Shown here: piece by piece, positions 20,570 to 30,972 of the stretch
How positions within the stretch are numbered: the stretch's first letter is position 1
Layout: every line of letters begins with the position of its first letter
Virus record (IMG/VR): IMGVR_UViG_3300021378_000004
DNA: 64,000 bases
Source of the DNA: a virus
Strand: one strand, 5' to 3'
Notes under the pieces: generated by a model
What the model saw: the letters and a program-made list of their open reading frames with translations, nothing else
Database searches by the model: none
What the model was told of the DNA's origin: nothing
Made by a program: the position numbers and the translations under genes

Positions 20570-20939
20570 TAAAAAAGATATGGAAAAATTCTTTCCTCCA
20601 GAAGAAAAGAATATCGATAATGATTACAAATATTCAAGAGACACATATTATGAGCTCGTGGAAAAAGGTAAACAGAGTTTAGAGTTAATGATTGAGGTTG
20701 CACGAGAAAGTGAACATCCTCGAGCATTTGAAGTATTATCTGGAATGATTAAAAATATTTCAGATGTAAACGATAGACTTATGGATCTTAATAAGAAAAA
20801 GAAAGAAATAGATAAAAAAGATGATATTAAAAAGGTTGCAAATACAACTAATAATCTTTTTGTTGGTTCCACCACTGAGCTTCAAAAGCTACTAAAGAAT
20901 GAATCGGAAATAGTGAATGTCACTCCAAAACCGGAATGA
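20562..20939 (+). CDS. gp16: Terminase small subunit gp16
   Basis: DY..SR, SEHPRAFEV, NNLFVGST.EL motifs; precedes gp17. Confidence 0.88.
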   Translation: MSDKKDMEKFFPPEEKNIDNDYKYSRDTYYELVEKGKQSLELMIEVARESEHPRAFEVLSGMIKNISDVNDRLMDLNKKKKEIDKKDDIKKVANTTNNLFVGSTTELQKLLKNESEIVNVTPKPE

Positions 20940-22521
20940 AAACTATCTAGGCAATCCTAATATAAAAAAAGACGGTATTACTTCTAATTTTACACAAGAA
21001 GAAGTACTTGAATATGCGAAGTGTATGAAAGATCCAGTGTATTTTGTAGAAAAATATGCAAAGATTATTTCATTAGATAAAGGTTTAGTTCCGTTTGAAT
21101 TATATCCTTATCAAAAGAAAATGTTTCAACAATTTGAAAGCGAAAGATTTAATATTGTATTAGCATGCCGACAATCTGGAAAATCTATATCAGCGTGCGG
21201 TTATTTATTATGGTTTGCATTATTTCAATCAGAAAAATCAATAGCGGTTTTAGCTAACAAAGGCGCAACTGCAAGAGAAATGTTAGCAAGAATAACAATT
21301 ATGCTTGAAAACATTCCATTCTTTTTACAACCAGGATGTAAGGCTCTTAATAAATCAAATATAGACTTTAGTAATAATAGTAGAATTATTGCTGCAGCTA
21401 CTACAGGATCTTCTATTCGTGGTCTTTCTATAAACTTATTATACTTAGATGAGTTTGCCTTTGTTGAACGTGCTGCAGAGTTTTATACATCAACGTATCC
21501 AGTTGTATCTTCTGGTGGTGATACAAAAATTATAGTAACATCTACAGCCAATGGTATTGGTAATACCTTTCATAAGATATGGGAAGGATCAATACAAGGC
21601 GTTAATGAATATAAAAACTTTAGAGTAGATTGGCACGATGTTCCAGGACGTGATGATAAGTGGAAAGAAGAAACTATAAACAACACATCACAAATACAAT
21701 TTGATCAAGAGTTTGGGAATACATTTTTTGGAACTGGTAACACATTAGTGAATGCTCAAACATTATTAAATTTAAGAGCTAAGCCGGCACAAAGGTATTT
21801 AGAAGGTGGAGACTGTTTAGTTTATAAAGAACCTATTAAAGGTCATGAGTATCTTTTAGTTGCTGATGTATCAAAGGGAAGAGGACAGGACTATTCTTCT
21901 TTTAGTTTGATCGATATTAACGTTCGCCCCTTTGAGCAAGTGGTTGTGTATCGCAATAATACTATCTCGCCATTACTCTTCCCTAATATTATATATAAGT
22001 ATGCGAATGTCTACAACCAAGCTTATTGCATTATTGAATCAAATGATCAAGGATCTGTTGTTTGTAATGGTTTATATTATGATTTAGAATATGAAAATGT
22101 TCATGTTGAATCTGCAGTTAAAGCCAATGCTGTTGGCGTAGATATAAATAGAAAGTCTAAAAGGCTTGGATGTAGTGCTTTAAAAGACTTACTGGAAAAT
22201 AATAAGTTAACAGTTGTAGATGAACAAACAATATTAGAAATATCAACGTTTGAAGCAAAAGGACAAACCTACCAAGCTGCAGTTGGTAATCATGACGATT
22301 TAGTTATGAATTTAGTAATGTTTGGTTATTTTGTATCTTCATCTTACTTTTCTAATTTAACTGATATTAATATTAAAGATATGATATTTAAACAAAAATT
22401 AAAAGAAATTGAAGACGATATAGTACCTTTTGGATTTATTAATGATGGTAATGAACAGGTTAAAAGAATTGAACCAGACGAAGAACATCCATGGGCTATT
22501 GAATACGATAGAAACCTGTAA
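20917..22521 (+). CDS. gp17: Terminase large subunit gp17
   Basis: Walker A RQSGKS, Walker B LYLDEFAF, TSTANG, nuclease D.SKGRGQDYS and HDDLVM. Confidence 0.96.
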   Translation: MSLQNRNENYLGNPNIKKDGITSNFTQEEVLEYAKCMKDPVYFVEKYAKIISLDKGLVPFELYPYQKKMFQQFESERFNIVLACRQSGKSISACGYLLWFALFQSEKSIAVLANKGATAREMLARITIMLENIPFFLQPGCKALNKSNIDFSNNSRIIAAATTGSSIRGLSINLLYLDEFAFVERAAEFYTSTYPVVSSGGDTKIIVTSTANGIGNTFHKIWEGSIQGVNEYKNFRVDWHDVPGRDDKWKEETINNTSQIQFDQEFGNTFFGTGNTLVNAQTLLNLRAKPAQRYLEGGDCLVYKEPIKGHEYLLVADVSKGRGQDYSSFSLIDINVRPFEQVVVYRNNTISPLLFPNIIYKYANVYNQAYCIIESNDQGSVVCNGLYYDLEYENVHVESAVKANAVGVDINRKSKRLGCSALKDLLENNKLTVVDEQTILEISTFEAKGQTYQAAVGNHDDLVMNLVMFGYFVSSSYFSNLTDINIKDMIFKQKLKEIEDDIVPFGFINDGNEQVKRIEPDEEHPWAIEYDRNL

Positions 22522-22524
22522 TAT

Positions 22525-22532
22525 TATAAATA
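22525..22532 (+). promoter_or_regulatory. T4-type late promoter
   Basis: TATAAATA upstream of gp18. Confidence 0.8.
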
Positions 22533-22590
22533 ATGGTAATAACTATTGAATATTCGTATAATGGTAATCGCATAAAAAAAGGAAAATAAG

Positions 22591-24360
22591 ATGGCACTAT
22601 CTACACCCTCCGAATCACCTGCGGTTGTTGTCAAAGAAATAGATCTGACTGGTGGCGTGCCTAATGTCCAGTCAACTACAGGCGCAATCGTAATAAATTC
22701 TAGGTGGGGACCTGTTGAAGAAAGAGTTAAAATTAGTTCAGAAGCAGAACTTGTTGATGTCTTTGGTTCACCAGATTCAGCCACCACTATCTCATTTCAT
22801 CAAGCTAATTTCTTTTTGAAATACTCTAATGCTCTTCAAACCGTAAGAGTTATAGACGGAGCTACAAAAAACGCAGTATCAACTACTGGCCAAACAGCTG
22901 CATCTACAGCTGCTGGATTGCCTACAGAAACTGTGAAAAACGAAACAGATTTTAACTCTCAAAAATCTGCACTGGATTCAGATTTGCATACGTTTGTAGC
23001 AAAATATCCAGGAGTACTTGGAAACAGTTTACAAGTTTCTTTATGTCCACATTCTGTAAGCGATTCAGCTTTTAACAATTGGTCATATAAAAATGAGTTT
23101 GATGCTGCTCCAGGAACATCAGACTTTGCTACTAAAAATAATGCAACTAATGATGAAGTTCATGTTGCAATTATTGACAAAACTGGTAAATTTACAGGCA
23201 CACAAGGAACATTGCTTGAGAGATATGCATTTAAGTCTTTAGGATCTAATGCTAAAAACACTAATGGAACCACTAACTACGTAAAAGATATTATCAATGA
23301 GAACTCAAAATATGTTTGGTTAGTTGATTTCGACTCAGACTTAAGATTATCAGGCGCTGGCACATCAATTGATAGCGGTGACAATTTCACTAAGACTACT
23401 GGCACTATAGGCGCTGACATTGATTATAATTTTAGTAAAGGCGCTGATCCTTCTTCTATAACTACTGCAAACACTTTAGTGGGTTATGATCTGTTTGAAG
23501 ATAAAGATCAAGTTGAAATTGATTTTTTAATTCCTTCTAGGCAAGGAAGTAGATCAGCTTCAACTACAGTTGTAAATGATTTAGTTGCAACTGCACAAAA
23601 TCTTAGAAAAGATTGCATAGTTGTAGCATCTCCGGCTGATGCCGATATTATCAACGTAACATCAGCTTCAGATATTGTTGCAAATGTTGTTGGAACAGCT
23701 GATACATATACTAAATCTTCTTATTTAGTTATGGACGGAAACTATTTAAAAGTTTACGATAAATACAATGATCAATATATACAAATACCTGCTAATTCTT
23801 CAACAGCTGGAATTATGGCTGCCACTGATCTAAATAGAGCTCCGTGGTTTTCACCAGCAGGTTCACGAAGAGGTCAATATCTTGGAATTACTTCAATTGC
23901 ATTTTCACCTACTAAACCACAAAGAGATACTTTGTATAAAGCTGGCGTAAACCCAATTGCAAATATACCAGGAGCAGGCGTCATACTATTTGGTGATAAA
24001 ACAAAACTTGCAAGACCTTCTGCATTTGATAGAATCAATGTTAGAAGATTGTTCTTAGTATTAGAAAGAGCAATTGGAAGAGCTGCAGAGCAAGTACTCT
24101 TTGAATTCAACGACGAATTTACAAGAGCTGAGTTTGTTAATATCGTCGAACCAGTATTACGTGAAGTAAAAGGTAGACGTGGTATTACGGATTTCAAAGT
24201 AGTTGCAGATGCTACAAATAATACACCTGCAGTTATCGATAGAAATGAGTTTATCGCAAGTATCTTCATCAAACCGGCTAGGTCCATTAACTATGTCACA
24301 CTTAACTTTGTGGCTGTAAGAACCGGCGTCGACTTTGAAGAAGTCGTTGGTACAGTTTAG
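22591..24360 (+). CDS. gp18: Tail sheath protein gp18
   Basis: SP.V.V.EIDLT, WGP, PWFSPAG..RG, FDRINVRRLF, IKPARSINY. Confidence 0.96.
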   Translation: MALSTPSESPAVVVKEIDLTGGVPNVQSTTGAIVINSRWGPVEERVKISSEAELVDVFGSPDSATTISFHQANFFLKYSNALQTVRVIDGATKNAVSTTGQTAASTAAGLPTETVKNETDFNSQKSALDSDLHTFVAKYPGVLGNSLQVSLCPHSVSDSAFNNWSYKNEFDAAPGTSDFATKNNATNDEVHVAIIDKTGKFTGTQGTLLERYAFKSLGSNAKNTNGTTNYVKDIINENSKYVWLVDFDSDLRLSGAGTSIDSGDNFTKTTGTIGADIDYNFSKGADPSSITTANTLVGYDLFEDKDQVEIDFLIPSRQGSRSASTTVVNDLVATAQNLRKDCIVVASPADADIINVTSASDIVANVVGTADTYTKSSYLVMDGNYLKVYDKYNDQYIQIPANSSTAGIMAATDLNRAPWFSPAGSRRGQYLGITSIAFSPTKPQRDTLYKAGVNPIANIPGAGVILFGDKTKLARPSAFDRINVRRLFLVLERAIGRAAEQVLFEFNDEFTRAEFVNIVEPVLREVKGRRGITDFKVVADATNNTPAVIDRNEFIASIFIKPARSINYVTLNFVAVRTGVDFEEVVGTV

Positions 24361-24370
24361 GAGGTAGAAA

Positions 24371-24898
24371 ATGGCAGTATTAGGCGTAGATGATTTTAAA
24401 TCAAAGCTTAGAGGTGGTGGGGCACGTCCTAACCTCTTCAAGGCTACAATAAACTTTCCAGGATATGCAAACGGAGATGCTGAACTGACTTCTTTCTTAT
24501 GTGAAACAGCTCAGTTACCAGGATCAACACTTGGCCAAATAGTTGTACCATTTCGTGGTAGACAATTAAAAATGGCTGGTGATAGAACATTTGATGTTTG
24601 GACAGTTACAATAATAAACGACACAGACTTTGCTATTAAAAATGCAATGGAAAGATGGATGAACGGTATGAATGCGCACTCTGCAAATACTGGTCTTACA
24701 ACTCCTGTTGCATACGAAGCAGATCTTTTTGTCGAACAACTTGATAGATCAGGTGATACTTTGAAAAAGTATACATTTAGAGGTTCGTATCCTCAAGATA
24801 TGTCACCGATTGATTTAAGTTATGCAAGTAATGATGAAATCGAAAGATTCACTGTAACTTTTGCATACCAGTATTACGACACTGACACTACAAGTTAA
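24371..24898 (+). CDS. gp19: Tail tube protein gp19
   Basis: GGARPNLF, FRGR.LK.AGDR.F..W.VT..ND. Confidence 0.95.
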   Translation: MAVLGVDDFKSKLRGGGARPNLFKATINFPGYANGDAELTSFLCETAQLPGSTLGQIVVPFRGRQLKMAGDRTFDVWTVTIINDTDFAIKNAMERWMNGMNAHSANTGLTTPVAYEADLFVEQLDRSGDTLKKYTFRGSYPQDMSPIDLSYASNDEIERFTVTFAYQYYDTDTTS

Positions 24899-24900
24899 GA

Positions 24901-24908
24901 TATAAATA
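24901..24908 (+). promoter_or_regulatory. T4-type late promoter
   Basis: TATAAATA upstream of gp20. Confidence 0.8.
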
Positions 24909-24910
24909 GT

Positions 24911-24932
24911 AGGAGAGCAGTGTTGCTCTCCT
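24911..24932 (+). other. Perfect 9-bp stem-loop in the gp19-gp20 spacer (no U-tract)
   Basis: AGGAGAGCA-GTGT-TGCTCTCCT. Confidence 0.6.
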
Positions 24933-24951
24933 CACTATAAAGGAATTCTAA

Positions 24952-26451
24952 ATGGCAGAAAATACAATTAAATTATTCGGTTTTGAGATAACAAGAGCTA
25001 AAGATAAAAAGACTCTTGCTTCACCTGTTCCGCCAAGAGACGATGACGGCTCTGGATACGTTACAGCAACATCTGCTGGAGCGCATTACGGTCATTACAT
25101 TAATATGGATGGAGATGATTCAAAAGATAATGCACAACTTATATTGAAATATAGAGGTAGTGCTATGCATCCAGAAACTGATGCAGCAATTGAAGACATT
25201 ATAAGCGAATCTATTACAGTAAACGGAGTAAATCCAGCTGTTTCAATTAATTTAGATAATGTACCAGTAAGCACATCTATCAAAAAGCAAATCACTGAAG
25301 AATTTGAAAACATATATAACATGTTAAATTTTAAAGAGCTTGGTCATGATATCTTTAGAAGGTGGTATATTGACGGAAGACTATATCATCACTTAGTAGT
25401 TGATGAATCTAATTTGGCTGCCGGCATTCAAGAAATAAGATACATGGATGCTGCGAAAATGAGAAAAGTAAAACAAGTTAAAAGTAAAAAAGATCCACTT
25501 ACTGGCGCAAAACTTATAGAAAAAGTAGATGAGTTTTATATTTTCCAAGAAAAACCTGGTTCTCAGAATGCAGGCGTAAAAATGACACTTGATTCAGTAA
25601 GTTATATTACTTCTGGATTGTTAGATGAAACACGTAAAAAAGTAGTTTCATTTTTACATAAAGCTCTTAAGCCTATAACACAATTAAGAATGATGGAAGA
25701 CTCATTAGTAATCTACAGATTAGCTCGAGCACCTGAAAGAAGAATGTTTTATATTGATGTAGGTAATTTACCTCGTGGTAAAGCCGAACAATATATGAAA
25801 GATATAATGTCTAAGTATCGTAATAAATTAGTATACGATGCAAAAACTGGTGAAATACGAGATGATCGTAAACACATGTCAATGCTTGAAGATTTTTGGT
25901 TACCTAGGAGAGAAGGTGGCAGAGGTACTGAAATATCAACTTTGCCTGGTGGAGAAAACTTAGGACAAATTGAAGATATTATATATTTTCAAAAAAGATT
26001 ATATAGATCACTTAATGTGCCAATGAATAGATTAGAGCAAGAACAACAGTTTTCATTAGGCAGAGCTACTGAAATAAGTAGAGACGAACTTAAGTTTCAA
26101 AAATTTATAGACAGATTAAGAAATAGATTTGCAAATATGTTCTATGATATTTTAAAGAAACAATTGATAATAAAAAATATTATTACCGAAGATGACTGGA
26201 ACACTTGGAAAAATAAGTTAACTGTTGATTACTCTAGAGACAATCACTTTACTGAATTAAAAGAAGCAGAGTTATTAAGAGAAAAAATACAAAGTTTAGA
26301 TCAAGTATCTCAGTATGTTGGAGAATATTTCTCTAAACAGTGGGTACAAAAGAATATTCTTCTAATGGATGATGACACTATTGAGAATATGGATAAAGAA
26401 ATTGCTGCCGCACAGGCGCAAGAACCAGACAATGACCAAGGAGAAATATAA
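24952..26451 (+). CDS. gp20: Portal protein gp20
   Basis: YRLARAPERR.FYIDVGNLP, EDFWLPRREGGRGTEI.TLPGG. Confidence 0.97.
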   Translation: MAENTIKLFGFEITRAKDKKTLASPVPPRDDDGSGYVTATSAGAHYGHYINMDGDDSKDNAQLILKYRGSAMHPETDAAIEDIISESITVNGVNPAVSINLDNVPVSTSIKKQITEEFENIYNMLNFKELGHDIFRRWYIDGRLYHHLVVDESNLAAGIQEIRYMDAAKMRKVKQVKSKKDPLTGAKLIEKVDEFYIFQEKPGSQNAGVKMTLDSVSYITSGLLDETRKKVVSFLHKALKPITQLRMMEDSLVIYRLARAPERRMFYIDVGNLPRGKAEQYMKDIMSKYRNKLVYDAKTGEIRDDRKHMSMLEDFWLPRREGGRGTEISTLPGGENLGQIEDIIYFQKRLYRSLNVPMNRLEQEQQFSLGRATEISRDELKFQKFIDRLRNRFANMFYDILKKQLIIKNIITEDDWNTWKNKLTVDYSRDNHFTELKEAELLREKIQSLDQVSQYVGEYFSKQWVQKNILLMDDDTIENMDKEIAAAQAQEPDNDQGEI

Positions 26452-26759
26452 TGGATAATGTCGAAAACGTTGAAAACGCAGAATTAGATGATAATAGAAA
26501 TCATATTCAAGATTTGATAAAAGCTGCTTTGGATAAAGATTACAATAACGCTAATAAAACATTTGGTGAAGTTATGACTATTAAAATGTCTGACTTATTA
26601 GATCAAGAAAAAATTAAGATGGCTGATCAAGTTTATAATGGAGCTGAAGAGGAAGAAGAAGAGATTGATACAGAAGAGCTTGAAGAGCTTGAAATGGAAG
26701 ATGGTGTAGAAGAATTAGAAGACGAAGAAGCCGAAGAAGAAGATGAAAATTCGGTCTAA
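26451..26759 (+). CDS. Acidic prohead core protein (gp67-like by position)
   Basis: Very acidic C-terminus; immediately after portal. Confidence 0.6.
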   Translation: MDNVENVENAELDDNRNHIQDLIKAALDKDYNNANKTFGEVMTIKMSDLLDQEKIKMADQVYNGAEEEEEEIDTEELEELEMEDGVEELEDEEAEEEDENSV

Positions 26760-26770
26760 AACTAAAAACG

Positions 26771-26778
26771 TATAAATA
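26771..26778 (+). promoter_or_regulatory. T4-type late promoter
   Basis: TATAAATA. Confidence 0.75.
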
Positions 26779-26786
26779 TAATTAAC

Positions 26787-27005
26787 ATGAAAACTTTTTT
26801 ACAATTAAGAGAATTAGCAGGAAGAAAGCCTATAGGCAAAGTAGTCTTTGATAAAAAGATTAATCGCATTCCCGTTAAAGTTAATAATGAAAAAAATAAA
26901 TTTGTTGTTTATATTGATGGCGATAGATTAGATGCTTATAATTCTCAGCGTGAAGCTGAGAAAGCTGCATTAGAATTTATGAAACAATACAAAGGAATGA
27001 AGTAA
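26787..27005 (+). CDS. Small head-region protein (possible prohead core/internal protein)
   Basis: Between gp20 and gp21; N-terminus MKTFLQLRE resembles T4 capsid-targeting leaders. Confidence 0.55.
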   Translation: MKTFLQLRELAGRKPIGKVVFDKKINRIPVKVNNEKNKFVVYIDGDRLDAYNSQREAEKAALEFMKQYKGMK

Positions 27006-27250
27006 TGGAAATAAGACCTTTAGCCGCCAAAGTCACTGCAAACGGTAATTCTAATAAAACTACTGTAGGTAATGCTCAAATAGTTTACGTTTGCGCAACT
27101 GCAGATGATTTAATTACTAATGTTACAACTAGCGCTACAATGCAAGTACATGAAAATCAAGCTTTTGTATTGCATAAAGCTGCAGGTGATGAAATACATG
27201 CAGGTACTACAACAACGCATTTTACTAAAATAGCATACCCAAGAGGTTAA
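27005..27250 (+). CDS. Hypothetical head-region protein
   Basis: Coupled ORF (TAATG). Confidence 0.6.
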   Translation: MEIRPLAAKVTANGNSNKTTVGNAQIVYVCATADDLITNVTTSATMQVHENQAFVLHKAAGDEIHAGTTTTHFTKIAYPRG

Positions 27251-27251
27251 T

Positions 27252-27911
27252 ATGAAATTAATATCAGAATATGCAGAAAATAAAATAGAATTTTTAATTA
27301 CTGAAGATAAGAAAACTGGTAAAAAAAATTATGCTATTGAAGGTGTATTTGCGCAAGCAGAAACAAAGAATCGTAACGGACGTATATATCCAATGCCAGT
27401 GATGGAAAAAGCACTTGGTAAATATAATAACGATCAGGTTACTAAAGGCAGAGCAGTTGGAGAGTTAAATCATCCGGAAGGACCAACTGTTAACTTAGAT
27501 AAGGTTTCCCACAAAATCACTGAATTAAAATTTCAGGGTAATGATATTGTGGGCAAAGCATCGATACTGAACACCCCTATGGGAGAAGTTGTTAAAGGCT
27601 TACTCGATGGCGAAGTTCAATTTGGTGTATCGACTCGTGGTATGGGAAGTTTGAGCCAGCGTAATGGCGTCGCAGTCGTCAACGACGATTATATTCTAAA
27701 CGCGGTAGATATCGTGCAAGATCCATCCGCTCCTAGCGCTTTTGTTAATGGGATAATGGAAGGGGTTGAATGGGTTTGGAATAACGGCATTATAGAAGCA
27801 CAAACAATTGAAAGAATGGAGACTGAAATTAAAAAGGCTCCACGCGCTGATCTCTATGAGACACAAGTTCGTGAGTTTAAGAATTTCCTCTCGTTATTAA
27901 AATCAAAATAA
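27252..27911 (+). CDS. gp21: Prohead protease gp21
   Basis: NRNGR.Y, GELNHP, GVSTRG.GS, D.V.DPSAP.A. Confidence 0.95.
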   Translation: MKLISEYAENKIEFLITEDKKTGKKNYAIEGVFAQAETKNRNGRIYPMPVMEKALGKYNNDQVTKGRAVGELNHPEGPTVNLDKVSHKITELKFQGNDIVGKASILNTPMGEVVKGLLDGEVQFGVSTRGMGSLSQRNGVAVVNDDYILNAVDIVQDPSAPSAFVNGIMEGVEWVWNNGIIEAQTIERMETEIKKAPRADLYETQVREFKNFLSLLKSK

Positions 27912-27921
27912 GGAGTCAAAA

Positions 27922-28980
27922 ATGGCTGATAAAGAAATAATAGATGATCAGGATATTGAACTCCATGAAGACGAGAACGAAATCATGGAAGCTCAAGCTC
28001 ACGATCCTAAAAATGCTGAGGCACAGTCAATAGCTGCTGTCGACAAGGCAGGTGAAGCTACTGGTAGCGCCCCAAAGCGTAAAGGTGACAACACTAAACA
28101 AGATCCAATGCCAAAAACTAAAGCAGCTTTAATAGCTGGTATGGTTGGCAAAATGCAAGGTATGAATAAAGCAGATTTATCTGCTATGTTTAAAGGCGAA
28201 AATTACGTAAGTAACGATGCTGAACTTGCAGAAGAAGAAATTAAACCTACTGCAAATGTAGAAGTAGATTTCAAAGACGATCTTAAAGCACTTGTTAACG
28301 AAGAAGCTACACTGTCTGATGCATTTAAGCAAAAAGCAGAGACTATTTTCGAAGCTGCAATTAATACAAAAATAAATGTAGAGATTGATAGATTAGAAGA
28401 GAAGTACAATGAAGAACTTTCAGAAGAGATTGAAAGTACTAAAAGTGAACTTGTGGAAAAAGTAGACAGTTACCTTAACTACGTAGTTGAAGGCTGGATG
28501 GAAGACAACAAGTTAGCAATCCAAAATGGTTTAAGAACTGAAATTGCTGAAGACTTTATGAATAAGTTAAAAGACTTATTTACTGAATCTCACATTCAGG
28601 TGCCAGAGGATAAAGTTGACATTGTTGACGAACTCGCAGACAACGTTGATGAGCTTGAGGCAAAACTCAATGAATCAACTGAAAAGTCTATTCACATGGC
28701 TGAAGAGTTAGAGCTATATAAAAGGGAGTCTATCATTAGAGAGGCAACTAAAGATTTAGCAGAAACTCAAGTTGAAAAGCTAAAAGATTTAGCAGAAAAC
28801 GTTGATTTTGACGACGAAGAAACTTTTGCACAAAAGGTATCTCAGTTAAAAGAATCATATTTTGCTAAGACAACTAAAACCCAAGATGAGATTGTTGAAG
28901 ATGATGATGCTCCACTAGTGGAATCAACAGGTTCAATGGATCAATATCTTAAAGCAATAAAGAAAACTGCAACAAAATAA
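27922..28980 (+). CDS. gp22: Prohead scaffold protein gp22
   Basis: F..KA.TIFEAA, VDSYL.YVVE.W; acidic; between gp21 and gp23. Confidence 0.9.
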   Translation: MADKEIIDDQDIELHEDENEIMEAQAHDPKNAEAQSIAAVDKAGEATGSAPKRKGDNTKQDPMPKTKAALIAGMVGKMQGMNKADLSAMFKGENYVSNDAELAEEEIKPTANVEVDFKDDLKALVNEEATLSDAFKQKAETIFEAAINTKINVEIDRLEEKYNEELSEEIESTKSELVEKVDSYLNYVVEGWMEDNKLAIQNGLRTEIAEDFMNKLKDLFTESHIQVPEDKVDIVDELADNVDELEAKLNESTEKSIHMAEELELYKRESIIREATKDLAETQVEKLKDLAENVDFDDEETFAQKVSQLKESYFAKTTKTQDEIVEDDDAPLVESTGSMDQYLKAIKKTATK

Positions 28981-28994
28981 ATAGGGAGTCTTAA

Positions 28995-30314
28995 ATGACA
29001 CAATCATACGATAGATTGATCGAAAAATGGGCACCAGTGCTGAACGAAGAGTCAGCTGGTACTATTGCGGATCATCATAAAAAAGCTGTAACAGCTGCAG
29101 TACTTGAGAATCAGGAAATCGCACTTAGAGAAGAAGGAATGATTACAGAAGCAGCTCCAGGAAATGCTACAGGTTCAGTAGCAAATTGGAATCCAGTATT
29201 AATTGCACTAGTAAGACGTGCTATGCCTAACTTAATGGCATATGACATCTGTGGTGTACAACCAATGTCTGGCCCAACTGGTCTTATCTTCGCAATGAAG
29301 TCAAGATACGGTGGTGGTTCAACATCAAATAGAGAAGCATTATTCAACGAAGCTGAGACTCAGTTTTCTGGTGACAGTGGTGGCACTCACGATTCTGATA
29401 ACGTATCAGGTTTAAGAGACTCACAAGGTGGCGGAACTGTTGGAACAGTCGATGACGACAGACTTACAGCTCTTGCTGCAGGTGGTATGACAACCAATGA
29501 AGCTGAGAAATTAGGTTCAACTGGAGAATCATCATTCAGAGAGATGGGATTCACTATTGAGAAAGCAACTGTGACTGCTAAGTCAAGAGCATTAAAAGCT
29601 GAATACAGCTTAGAATTAGCTCAAGACCTTAAAGCTATTCATGGTCTAGACGCTGAGACAGAATTGGCAAACATCTTGTCAACAGAAATCTTAGCTGAAA
29701 TCAATAGAGAAGTTATTAGAACTATTAACTCTCAAGCTAAAACTGGTGCTTTACAATCTAACACAGCTATTAACGGTATCTTTAATATTCAAACAGATGC
29801 TGATGGTAGATGGTCAGTTGAAAAGTTTAAAGGACTTGTATTACAAATCGAAAGAGAATGTAATAGAATTGCAATCGAGACACGTAGAGGTAAAGGAAAC
29901 TTTATCATATGTTCATCTGATGTAGCATCTGCACTTTCTGCAGCTGGTATGTTAGACTACACACCTGCAATGTCAACAAACTTAAATGTTGATGACACAG
30001 GTAACACTTTTGCTGGTGTCTTAAACGGTAGAACAAGAGTTTACATCGATCCGTATGCTGCACAAAACTATGTGACAGTTGGATATAAGGGAACTAACCC
30101 ATACGATGCTGGTCTATTCTATTGCCCATACGTTCCATTAACAATGGTACGTGCAGTTGGTGAAGATACATTCCAACCAAAAATTGGTTTTAAAACCAGA
30201 TATGGAATGGCATCTAACCCATACGTAGGTGCAACACCTGCTGATGGTCTAGCCGCAGTTAAGACTAACCAATACTACAGAATATTCAGAGTTGACAATA
30301 TTCTAGGTGCTTAG
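28995..30314 (+). CDS. gp23: Major capsid protein gp23
   Basis: GVQPM.GPTGLIFA, SRALKAEYS.ELAQDLKAIHGLDAE, FYCPYVPL, FQPKIGFKTRYG. Confidence 0.98.
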   Translation: MTQSYDRLIEKWAPVLNEESAGTIADHHKKAVTAAVLENQEIALREEGMITEAAPGNATGSVANWNPVLIALVRRAMPNLMAYDICGVQPMSGPTGLIFAMKSRYGGGSTSNREALFNEAETQFSGDSGGTHDSDNVSGLRDSQGGGTVGTVDDDRLTALAAGGMTTNEAEKLGSTGESSFREMGFTIEKATVTAKSRALKAEYSLELAQDLKAIHGLDAETELANILSTEILAEINREVIRTINSQAKTGALQSNTAINGIFNIQTDADGRWSVEKFKGLVLQIERECNRIAIETRRGKGNFIICSSDVASALSAAGMLDYTPAMSTNLNVDDTGNTFAGVLNGRTRVYIDPYAAQNYVTVGYKGTNPYDAGLFYCPYVPLTMVRAVGEDTFQPKIGFKTRYGMASNPYVGATPADGLAAVKTNQYYRIFRVDNILGA

Positions 30315-30340
30315 TCTTAGTACTTTAAATTAATATTAGA

Positions 30341-30366
30341 AGAGGGACGAAAGTCCCTCTTTTTTT
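30341..30366 (+). terminator. Rho-independent terminator after gp23
   Basis: AGAGGGAC-GAAA-GTCCCTCT followed by a T-run. Confidence 0.9.
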
Positions 30367-30368
30367 CG

Positions 30369-30376
30369 TATAAATA
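30369..30376 (+). promoter_or_regulatory. T4-type late promoter
   Basis: TATAAATA directly upstream of gp3. Confidence 0.75.
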
Positions 30377-30381
30377 CAATT

Positions 30382-30948
30382 ATGGCATTAACTACAAACT
30401 TTAACTATCTACAACCAACTGGATTTAAGTTAGTAATAGATAGAAAAAATTATCCGAACTTAGAGTTCTTCTGTCAAGATTTCACCCACGCTGGTGTAAT
30501 TATGAATACAGCAGATCTTGGCTATAAGAAAATAGCAGCAATTCCATTTATAGGTGACAAACTTACTTATAATGAAATGCTAGCAAATATAATCATTGAT
30601 GAAGATATGAAGACTTATACAGAGATGCACAACTGGATGAGAAGAAATCTTGATCAAGATAACGTAACAGCACTTGATAGATTTAATAACGCAAATGCAA
30701 TACCTGCAATGTCTGATATAACGTTATCAATACTTAATAGTTCAAATAACACTATAGCACAAATTATCTATAGAGATAGTATACCAACAGCATTAACTGA
30801 TATTCAGTTTCAAGCTACAACTGGTGCTGAATCTTTTCTAACATTTGGTGCTTCATTTAGATTTACTTATTTTGATATTAAGACAATTAATCCAACAACT
30901 GGTGCAATAACAGATTCATTTGATGTAACTGGTTCTGTAACTGGTTAA
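30382..30948 (+). CDS. gp3: Tail tube terminator gp3-like
   Basis: N.L.PTGF, P..GDKL.Y, DE.M..Y.E...W; position after gp23. Confidence 0.8.
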   Translation: MALTTNFNYLQPTGFKLVIDRKNYPNLEFFCQDFTHAGVIMNTADLGYKKIAAIPFIGDKLTYNEMLANIIIDEDMKTYTEMHNWMRRNLDQDNVTALDRFNNANAIPAMSDITLSILNSSNNTIAQIIYRDSIPTALTDIQFQATTGAESFLTFGASFRFTYFDIKTINPTTGAITDSFDVTGSVTG

Positions 30949-30972
30949 TATATATTATTAATTGGAGAGATT

